Origin: Camelus ferus | Taxonomy: Eukaryota | NCBI RefSeq assembly: GCF_009834535.1 | Contig: NC_045696.1 | Span: forward strand, 35,404,001 to 35,468,000 | Reading direction: 5' to 3' | DNA: 64,000 nucleotides | Part shown: positions 54,805 through 64,000 of the stretch, in pieces | How the letters are laid out: each line of letters starts with the position of its first letter | How positions within the stretch are numbered: position 1 is the stretch's first letter | Translations under genes and position numbers: made by a program | Notes under the pieces: generated by a model | The model's input: the letters and a program-made list of their open reading frames with translations, nothing else | Told to the model about the DNA's origin: nothing | Databases searched by the model: none

Positions 54805-54950
54805 TAGATTCCACATATAAGCAATATTATGTTGTATATTTCTTTCTCTTTCTAGCTTACTTCACTTAGTATGACAATCTTCAGTTCCATCCATGATGCT
54901 GCAAATGGCATTATTTCATTCTTTTTTTATGACTGAGTAATATTCCATTT

Positions 54951-54999
<49 letters not shown>

Positions 55000-57900
55000 A
55001 TCTATATCTATATCTATATCTATCTATCTATCTATCTATATATATATATCACAACTTCTTTATCCAGTCATCTTGATGGACATTTCTGTTATTTCCCTGG
55101 CTTGGCTGTTGTAAATAGTGCTGCTGTGAACATTGGGGTGCACGTATCTTTTTGAATTAAGATTCCCTCTGGATGTATGCCCAGGAGTGGGATTGCTGGA
55201 TCATATGGTAAATTTATTTTTAGTTTTTTAAGGAACCTCCTACTGTCCTCCATAGTGGCTGCACCAATTTACCTTTCCACAACAGTGTAGGAGGGTTCCT
55301 TTTTCTCCACACCCTCTCCAGCATTTATTATTTGTAGACTTCTTAATAATGGCCATTCTGACTGGTGTGAGGTGATACCTCATTATAGTTTTGATTTGCA
55401 TTTCTCTAACAATTAGCAATGTTGAGCATCTTTTCATGTGCCTGTTGGTTATCTGGATGTCTTCTTTGGAGAGATGTCTGTTTAGATCTTCTGTCCATTT
55501 TTTGATTGGGTTGCTTGTGAGATATATATATATATCTAGCCATATGAGCTGTTTGTATATTTTAGAAATTAGTCCCTTGTTGGTCACATCATTTACAAAT
55601 ATTTTCTCTCATTCTGTAGGTTGTCTTTGTTTGTTGATGGTATCCTTAGCTGTGCAAAACTTTTAAGTTTAATTGAGTCCCATTTGTTTATTTTTGCTTT
55701 TATTTCCATTACTCTAGGAGCTGGTTTGAAAGCAATATTGCTTTTATTTATGTCAAAGAGTGTTCTGCCTGTGTTTTCCTCTAGGAGTTTTATAGTTTCC
55801 AGTCTTAAATTTAGGTCTTTACACATTTTGAGTTTATTTTTGTACATGGTGTTAGAGAATATTCTAATTTCAGTCTTTTTCAGGTAGCTGTCCAGTTTTC
55901 CCAGCACCACTTATTGAAGAGACTGTCTTTTCTCCATTGTATATTCTTGCCTCCTTTGTCATAGATTAATTGGCCATAAGTGTGTGGGCTTATTTCTGGA
56001 CTTTTTGTCCTGTTCCCTTGATCTATGTGTCTGTTTTTGTGCCAGTACCACACTGTTTTGATTACTGTAATTTTGTAGTATAGTCTGAGGTCAGGGAGTG
56101 TAATTCCCCCAGTTCTGTTCTTCTTTCCCAAGATTGTTTTGGCTATTCAGGTCCTTTTGTGTTTCATCAGTTCAACAAATTTAAATTTTTTTTGTTCCAG
56201 TTCTGTGAAAAATGTTGGTAATTTGATAGGGATTACATTAAATCTGTATATTGTCTTGGGTAGGATGGCCATTTTAACAATATCGATTCTCCTATTCCAA
56301 GAACACTGTATATCTTTACATCTGTGTCATCTTCAGTTTCTTTCATCAGTGTCTTATAGTTTTCAGAATATAGATCCTTTGCCTCATTAGGTAGGTTTAT
56401 TTCTAGGTATTTTATTCTTTAATGCCATGGTAAATGGGATTGTTTCCTTAATTTATTTTTCTGCTATTTCGTTATCAGTGTATAGAAATGCAGCTGATTT
56501 CTGTATATTAATTTTGTATCTTGCAACTTTACCTAATTCATTGATGAGCTCTAGTAGTTTTCTGGTAGCCTGTTTAAGATTTTCTACATATAATATTATG
56601 TCATTTGCAAATAGTGACAGTTTTACTTCTTCCTTTCCAATTTGAATTCCTTTTATTTATTTTTCTTTCCTGACTGCTGTGGCTAGGACTTCCAAAACTA
56701 TGTTGAATAAAAGTGGTGAGAGTGACATCCTTGTCTTGTTTCTGATCTTAGAGGAAATGCTTTCAGATTTTCAGCATTGAGAATAATGTTGTTTGTGCTT
56801 TGTGACATATGGCCTTTAATATGTTGAGGTATGTTCCCTCTATGCCCACTTTCTGGAGAGTTTTTATCATAAATGGATGTTGAACTTTATCAAAAGCTTT
56901 TTCTGCGTCTGTTGAGATGATCATATGGTTTTTATTTTTCAATTTGTTAATGTGGTGTAGCACATTGATTGATTTGTGGATATTGAAAAATCCTTGCATC
57001 CCTGGGCTAAATCCCCCTTGATCATAGCGTATGATCTTATCACTGTATTGTTGGCATCAATTTGCTAGTATTTTGTTGAGAACTTTTGCATCTATGTTTA
57101 TAAGTGATATTGGCCTGTAATTTTCTTTTTTTGGTAATATCTTTGGTTTTGGTATGGTGAGGTGATGGTGGCCTCATAGAATGAACTCAGAAGTGCTCCT
57201 TTCTCTGCAGTATTTTGGAATAACTTCAGAATGATAGGCATTAACTCATCTCTAAATGTTTGGTAGAATTCCCTTGTGAAGCCATCTGGTCCTGGACTTT
57301 TGTTTGTTGGGAGTTTTTAAATTACTGATTCAGTTTCAGTGCTGGTAATTGGTCTGTTCATATTTTCTATTTCTTACTGAATCAGTCTTGGGAGATTGTA
57401 CCTTTTTAAGAAGTTGTTCATTTCTTCTAGGTTGTCCATTTTGTTGAGATATAGTTGCTTATAGCAGCCTCTTATGGTCCTTTGTATTTCTGTGGTGTTG
57501 GCTATAACTTCTCCTGTATCATTTCTGATTTTATTAATTTGGGTCTTCTCCCTTTTTTCTTAATGAGTCTCGCTAAAGGTTTATCAATTTTGTTTATCTT
57601 TTCAAAGATCCAGCTTTTAGCTTCACTGGTCCTTTCTATTTTTTTTTTAGTCTCTATTTCATTTATTTCTGCTCTAATCTTTATGATTTCTTTACTTCTA
57701 CTAACTTTTTAGGTTTTGTTTGTTCTTCTTTTCTAGTTGCTATAAATGTAATTAAGTTATTTATTTGAGTTTTTTTTTTTGTTTTGTTTCCTGAGGTAAG
57801 ATTGTATCGCTACAAACTTCCTTCTGAGAACTGCTTTTGCTGTGTCCCAGAGATTTTGGATAGTTGTGTTTTTGTTTTCATTTGTCTCTAAGTACTTTTG

Positions 57901-58705
57901 TTTCCTCTTTGATTTCTTCAGTGATCTGTTGGTTGTTTAGTAGCATATTGTTTAGCCTCCATGTGCTTGCAGGTTTTGCAATTTTTTTCTTGTAGTTGAT
58001 TTCTAAACTGATGGTGTTGTGGTTGGAAAAGATGCTTGATATGATTTCAGTTTTCTTAAATTTACTGAAGCTTGCTTTGTGGGCCAGCATGTGATTGATT
58101 CTGGAGAATGTTCCATGTGCAGTTGAGAAGAATGTGTATTCTGCTGTTTTCAGATGGAATGCTCTATAAGTATCAATTAAGTCCATCTGGTCCAATGTGT
58201 CATTTAATGCCTGTATTTATTGATTGATTCTCTGTTTGGATGATCTGTCCATTGCTGTAAGTGTGGTGTTAAGATTGCTTACTATTATTGTGGTATTGTC
58301 AATTTCTCCTTTTATGTCTGTTACCAGTTGCTTTGTATATTGAGGTGCTTCTATGTTGAGTGTATGTATATCTACAATTGTAATATCTTTTTCTTGGATT
58401 GATCCCTTGAGCATTATGTAGTGTCCTTCTTAGTCTCTTGTAGCAGTCTTTATTTTAAAATTGATTTTTGTCTATTATAAATATTGCTACTTCAGCTTTC
58501 TTTTGGTTTCCACTTGGATGGAATATCTTTCCCCATCCCTTCACTTTCAGCATGTGTGTGTCTCTAGCTCTGAAATGGATCTCTTGTAGACAGCAAATAT
58601 ATGGGTCTTGTTTTCATATCCATTCAGCCAGTCTGTGTCTTTGGTTGGAACATTTAATCCATTTACATTTAAGGTAATTATCTATGTGTGTGTTCTTACT
58701 GCCAT
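54805..58705 (-). pseudogene. L1 ORF2 (endonuclease / reverse transcriptase / C-terminal Cys-rich domain), broken by stops and frameshifts
   Basis: Collinear minus-strand fragments at 58217..58414, 57878..58195, 56763..56999, 55880..56131, 55593..55910 and 55240..55587 carry L1 ORF2 motifs. Probable start ATGGCAGTAAGAAC near 58705. The 3' end is approximate. Confidence 0.88.
54951..55050. repeat. Compound microsatellite (TA)11(TG)13(TATCTA)n(TCTA)n(TA)n inside L1 ORF2
   Basis: Read directly; L1 sequence continues on both sides. Confidence 0.95.
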
Positions 58706-59014
58706 TTTGTTAATTGTTTTGGATTTATTTTTGTAGGTCTTTTTTCTTTCTTCTTTTTGTTCTCTTATGGTTTGATGACTATAGAGTTACATTTGGATTC
58801 CACTTTCTTTTTTATGTATGTATGTGTTATAGATTTTTAGTTTGCAGTTACCATGAGGTTTTGGTATAGAAGTGTGTATGTGTATATATATACACACATG
58901 ATTGTTTTAAATTGCTGATCTCTTAATTTCAAATTCATTTTAGATACCCTGCATTTGTACCCTCCTCCCCTCATGATTACTTTTGTTGTTTCCAGTTGTA
59001 GCCTTTTCTTTTTT

Positions 59015-59895
59015 ACCTAGAGAAGTTCCTTTAACATTTGTGGTAAAGTTGGTTTGTTGGTGCTGAATTCTTTAGCTTTTGCTTATCTGTAAAGCTTTTG
59101 ATTTCTCCATCAAATCTGAGTGATTCTTGATTGGGTAGATTATTCTTGGTTGTAGGTTTTTGCCTTTCATCACTTAAAATATATGGTGCCACTCCCTTCT
59201 GCCCTGTAGAGTTTCTGCTGGAAAAATCAGCTGATGACCGTATGGGAGTTCCCTTGTATGTTATTTGTTGCTTTCCTCTTGTTTGTTTTAATATTTTCTC
59301 CTTATCTTTAATTTTTATCAGTTTGATTACTATGTGCCTTGGTGTGTTCCTCTTTGGGTTAATCCTGTGTAGGACTCTCTGTGCTTCCAGGACTTGGGTG
59401 ACTGTTTCCTTTCCATGTTAGGGAAGTTTTAAGCTATTATCTTTTCAAATATTTTCTCAGGTCTTTTCTTGCTCTCTTCTCTTTCTGGGACCCCTATAAT
59501 GCTAATGTTAGTGTGCTTTATGTTGTTTCAAAATTCTCTTAAACTATCCTCATTTCTTTTCATTCTTTTTTCTGTTTTGTGGTAGTGATTTCTACTAATC
59601 TGTCCTCAAGCTCATTGATCCACTCTTCTGCCTCCTTCAGTCTATTCTTTGTTCCTTCTAGTGTGTTATTCGTTTCAGTAATTGTATTCTTCGACTCTGG
59701 ACATTCTTTATATTTTCTAACTCTTCACTGAAAGCTTCACTCAATTTGTTTATTGTCCTCTCTAGTTCTCTGGTCATCTTCACAGTCATTACTCTAAACC
59801 CTTCTTGGATAGATTCCCTATCTCCTCATCACTCATTTCTTCTTCTGGGATTTATCTTGTGCCTTTGCCTGGAACATACTCCTCTACCACTTCAT
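59015..59895 (-). pseudogene. L1 ORF1 remnant
   Basis: Minus strand begins ATGAAGTGGTAGAGGAGTATGTTCCAG at 59895 (degenerate MK..R.MFQ-type N-terminus), contains an ENFP-like segment near 59420 and ends QMLKELL* near 59015. Confidence 0.7.
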
Positions 59896-62672
59896 TTTGC
59901 CTAAATTTCAACTTGTATTTTTAGGTAGGTTAGTTACATTTATTGACCTTGGAGTAGTGGAAACCTCCTATGCATCCCAGCAGTGCCCCCTCCTCCTGTC
60001 ACCCAAGGGCCAGGGTCCAGCTAGTCCCATGGTAGACTCTGTCCTGCATTTGAGGACTCCTTCCACAGGCTATGGGATTGTTGTTTTCTTACTTCTGTTA
60101 TCTGTCCACTGGTGGGTGAGGCTGGACCAGAGGGTTGTGCAGATCTCCTGCCAGGAGGAGTTAATGCCTGCCCACTTCTAGGTGGAGGTTGGTCCTGGCC
60201 CTCTGGTGGGCAGAGCCATGTCTAGGGGCGTTTCTAGAGGTGGCTGTGGGCTCATGAAGTCTGCTGATGGGTGGGGCTGTTCTCACCTAGTATGTTGTTC
60301 TGCCTGAGGCTTCCCAGCACTTAAGCCTACAGGCTGTTGGGTGGGGCTAGGTCTTGGTGCTGATGACCCAAGCAAGATGTCAGCCTCCAGGAAAGCTCAT
60401 GTAGATGAATACTCCATGAATGTCCAAATGTCCGCCACCAGCTTTTATGTCTCCAGGGTGAGCCACAGCTGACTCTAACTCCCCAGGAGACCTTGCAAAA
60501 CCAGCAGGCAGATATGACCCATGTTCCTATGAAATTATTGCCTCTGCCCTTGGTCCCAGAGTATGTGGGATTCTGTGTGTGCTTCCCAAGAGAGTAATTT
60601 CTCTGCTTCCCCCGGTCCCTTGGGGCTCCTGCAGTTAAGCCCCACTGGCTTTCAAAACCAGATATTCTGGGGTCTCCTCCTCTCAATGCTGGAACCCCAG
60701 GCTGGGAAGCCTGATGTGGGGCTCAGAACTCTCACTCCTGTTGGGAGGGCCTCTGCAATGTAATTATTCTCCAGTTTGTGAGTTGCCCACCCAGAGGATA
60801 TGGGGCCTGATTATATCATGAGCATACTCCTCGTACCATCTCCCACTGTGGCTCCTTCTTTATGTTTCCAGTTGAAGATCTTTTTTCTGCTAGGTTTCAG
60901 TCTTTTTTTCTCAATGGTTGTTTGGCAGTCAGTTGTGGTTTTGTTGCAATCGTGAGAGGGGGCGAGCTTGTGGTCCTATGACTGTGCCATCTGACTGGAA
61001 ATCCCTGAAAATAAGTAACTCTTGATGGAGAAAAATTTAGGAACCCATTTATAATGGGCTTCAAGAGGGTTTCATTTATTTATTTATTTAAAAAATTAAA
61101 ATATGTTCTCTCATAGGAACTTTAAATTTGTTATTTTCTTGAATTATTCCCATATATATTATGAGAAAAAAATAGTTTTTATGCACCTCCCAAAAGGTGA
61201 AGTGATGTGCTGCATATTATGGAGGATATAAACAGTTCTAAAATCTAACAAATGCATATGGAACAAAATTAAACTAGTCTTAGCATTTATCATGAATTAA
61301 ATTTATAAATGAAAAAGGCATTTAATAAGGGTTATATAAAACATAAGAATGGCAAGGTCATGGGAGACATCGAGGAGAGAAGAGCACAGAGCAATGAGGT
61401 TATACTATTAAAAAAGAAGACCCAGCATTTCTTTTGAAAGCAGTAAGAGTTCACATTAACAAGAACATAGCATGTGCATAAGTGAAACACATAATTCACT
61501 AAACTCAATTCAAACTTTTAGAAAAAACTAAATGTAGGTTGAGACCAATTTTTGGAAAAAACACAAATTTCAAACTAAAGAGTTTGATGTCATTGCATAG
61601 GTAACAGGGAGCCATAGAAGACTTGAACTATAATATGACATGGAAAAAGATATATTTTCCTGGCAGCAAAAGGCTACACTTGGCATGATAAAAAGAAAGT
61701 GTAGACACAAGGGTAATAGAAATAGATGATACAATAGTTGTAGAATGGTAAGTAATACAAACAATTTGATGCTAATTTAAATGCTTCTCAAAATCTAAGG
61801 ATCACAGAAAGCAGTACTTCACTGCTTTAAAGTCTTGAAACTTTTTTTCTGTCTTTACAGTGAAAAAGTTCTATTACCTAACTGCTAGAACAACATCAAC
61901 TCAAATAACCATTTATTTCTCGCTTGTGTAAAATTCAGTGTGGGAAAAGATATTAGGAATTGAAACATTCACTATATTTATCTCTTCTGTTCTCCATGGA
62001 TAGCTATTAGCTGGGTTTGTTGGGGGAGGAGGGGGGAAGTAGGCATGTATATATTTTTTACTTCAGATTTTCAGAGTTCCCCATCGTGTGTTTCTTGAGA
62101 TGGCCAATTATGTAAAAAAAATATCATGCATGAAGATACATGAAAATAGAATCATTTAGATTCACTTTGCTTTGTAATATATTGATTTTACCAAAATCTG
62201 GCCCACATTGGGAAAAGTTTAATAAAAAGAAATTTCAGGCAGTGGTATTTTTCATTCTCTTTTTTAATAACAAACCAAAAACAATTCAAAAAATGTACAA
62301 AACAATTTTGCAGTGTTATTGGTGACGATTGATTTAAGGTTTTGATCCTAGAATATTTGACTAATTCCAATCAATTGCAGGAATTGCTCCTTCCTGTATA
62401 TCCCACAAACTGCAGTGCCATTCAGATGCTTTAATCAAAATTATAAATTATTTTGTGTCAATCAACTGAGAGACTCTTGTAAATAATAAAAACTACAAAC
62501 AAGAATGTTACAGAGACGCTTCACATCATGATCTTCAATAAGTAGCGAAGTTTCTGCTTATTTATTTTGTATTTCTTGTGATGCCACTGACACCCTCATC
62601 TCATATTCACTATTATTCATTATTCTCAGCTTATTAATTCTGCCTCTTTTTTTTTTCCTTTGATTCTTCAAG

Positions 62673-63333
62673 TGGGAAGAGATCAGCGGTGTTGATGAAC
62701 ATTACACACCCATCAGGACTTACCAGGTGTGCAATGTCATGGATCATAGTCAAAACAATTGGCTGAGGACAAACTGGGTGCCCAGGAACTCAGCTCAGAA
62801 GATCTACGTGGAGCTCAAGTTCACTCTCCGGGACTGCAATAGCATTCCGTTGGTTTTGGGAACTTGCAAGGAGACTTTCAACCTGTACTACATGGAGTCT
62901 GACGATGATCACGGGGTCAAATTCCGAGAACATCAGTTTACAAAGATTGACACCATTGCAGCTGATGAAAGTTTCACGCAAATGGATCTCGGGGACCGTA
63001 TTCTTAAACTCAACACTGAGGTTAGAGAAGTAGGCCCTGTCAACAAAAAGGGATTTTATTTGGCTTTTCAAGATGTTGGTGCTTGTGTTGCCTTGGTGTC
63101 TGTAAGAGTGTACTTCAAAAAGTGCCCGTTTACAGTGAAGAATCTGGCTATGTTTCCAGACACAGTACCCATGGATTCCCAGTCTCTGGTGGAGGTTAGA
63201 GGATCGTGTGTTAACAATTCTAAGGAGGAAGATCCTCCCAGGATGTACTGCAGTACAGAAGGCGAATGGCTCGTTCCCATTGGCAAGTGCTCCTGCAATG
63301 CTGGCTATGAGGAGAGAGGTTTCATGTGCCAAG
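62673..63333 (+). CDS. EPHA3: Internal coding exon (exon 3) of ephrin type-A receptor 3: ligand-binding domain and start of the Cys-rich region
   Basis: Translates [73 protein letters not shown]...[54 protein letters not shown], recognised as EphA3. Preceded by a polypyrimidine tract and AG (62671-62672); followed by the donor AAG|GTAAGA (GT at 63334). Length 661 bp, phase 0 in and phase 1 out, as expected for the large EphA exon 3. Confidence 0.97.
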
Positions 63334-64000
63334 GTAAGAGTCTTCTCTATTTTCCCTGTGGTGTATTTCTCACCTGTGAGTTTATCAGAGAGTAATTGAG
63401 AGAAATGAACCCTGCAGCAAAACATGCTTCAAACTGAACAGTTTATTTCTAGACTAAATTTATCCCACCTGATGTTTTTAAAAAAGAGAGTCACATTAAG
63501 TTGTATTAAGAAAAGTTCACAATAGATTCAGAATTGCTTCTATTTTTAAACCTCATTTTAATTTATTTAACTGCTTCTTTAAAGTAACTATTATGCTGTT
63601 CAATGGTGCCCCATGTCAAGATTATTCCTGGAGACAACATTTATGTCAAAATTTTACATCCTTGAAACTTGAAGTTTCTTAGAGTAATAGCAAATTATCC
63701 TAAGGAAAATATATTGGAGAGAAATCAATAAAAAATAATTATGGTAGAGTTAGAGATGGCACATAAAATGGAATATGTTTGGAATTTAAAATATGGATGA
63801 CTCTTTAGTGGTATAACTTTAAGTTGGAACACGTTCTTGTGATTTTTTCTTGACATTTGCTGATGTTGCTGGGTGAATTTTGGCTTCCCCTCTTTTTGTA
63901 GTTAAAAAAAATCTTTGTGTATTCAGGTTATTAGACAGTGTGTCAAGGTATTTTACTTTGTACTGATTTTCATGTAGTATTGAGTCTCAATCAACTTTAT
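63334..64000 (+). other. EPHA3: 5' part of EPHA3 intron 3
   Basis: Starts with the GTAAGA donor; Eph similarity is lost immediately after it. Confidence 0.9.

Larger units (their letters stand above)
54491..61004 (-). mobile_element. Apparently full-length (~6.5 kb), inactivated LINE-1, antisense to EPHA3
   Basis: 16-bp TSD CTGAAAATAAGTAACT at 54475-54490 and 61005-61020. T-rich tail at 54491. ORF2 remnants in the track ([75 protein letters not shown]), an ORF1 remnant, and a GC-richer 5' UTR (~59896..61004) with a YY1-like AGATGGC motif near the 5' end (60986-60992, minus strand). Confidence 0.95.
1..62672 (+). other. EPHA3: Intron upstream of EPHA3 exon 3 (probably intron 2; its 5' end lies outside the window)
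   Basis: No signal-peptide exon, exon 2 or CpG-island promoter seen. The DNA is AT-rich and repeat-laden and ends in a 3' splice site at 62672. Eph genes have very long introns here. Confidence 0.8.

Noticed and set aside
55391..60763. Plus-strand hydrophobic ORFs within the L1
   Set aside because: Antisense translations of A-rich L1 sequence.
62727..63395. Track ORF of 222 aa taken as a complete gene
   Set aside because: The start is a GTG inside the exon and the end runs into the intron. The splice-defined boundaries are 62673..63333.
62790..63425. 211-aa antisense ORF overlapping EPHA3 exon 3
   Set aside because: A shadow frame opposite a real coding exon; no recognisable protein or independent signals.
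1..64000. CRISPR arrays, operons, prophage or other prokaryotic systems
   Set aside because: The sequence is mammalian intron/exon DNA; no repeat-spacer array or dense coding was seen.

Overview
Mammalian genomic DNA, not prokaryotic. It is most likely camelid (alpaca/camel), judged from a Vic-1-type tRNA-derived SINE and the L1 3' UTR type. The only coding sequence I can support is a 661-bp internal exon at 62673..63333 (+), EPHA3 exon 3, encoding most of the ephrin-binding domain and the start of the Cys-rich region. Everything upstream is best read as the long preceding intron: AT-rich DNA with old MIR, L2, MaLR/ERVL-LTR and hAT fossils, microsatellites, three short L1 3' insertions with target-site duplications (TSDs), and one degenerate, apparently full-length antisense L1 (54491..61004, 16-bp TSD) ending about 1.7 kb before the exon. 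The most unusual structure is a young, ~99% identical 550-bp inverted duplication (12527..13076 vs 24975..25522) bracketing an 11.9-kb segment. It is not a transposon. One inner junction abuts a five-tract G-quadruplex motif, and the other lies about 320 bp from a (TA)28 tract. It may mark a staggered-break inversion or a template-switch insertion, and it could form a long dsRNA stem in EPHA3 pre-mRNA. Repeat family names are by-eye recognition, not database searches, and the boundaries of old repeats are approximate. Almost all ORFs in the track are spurious.
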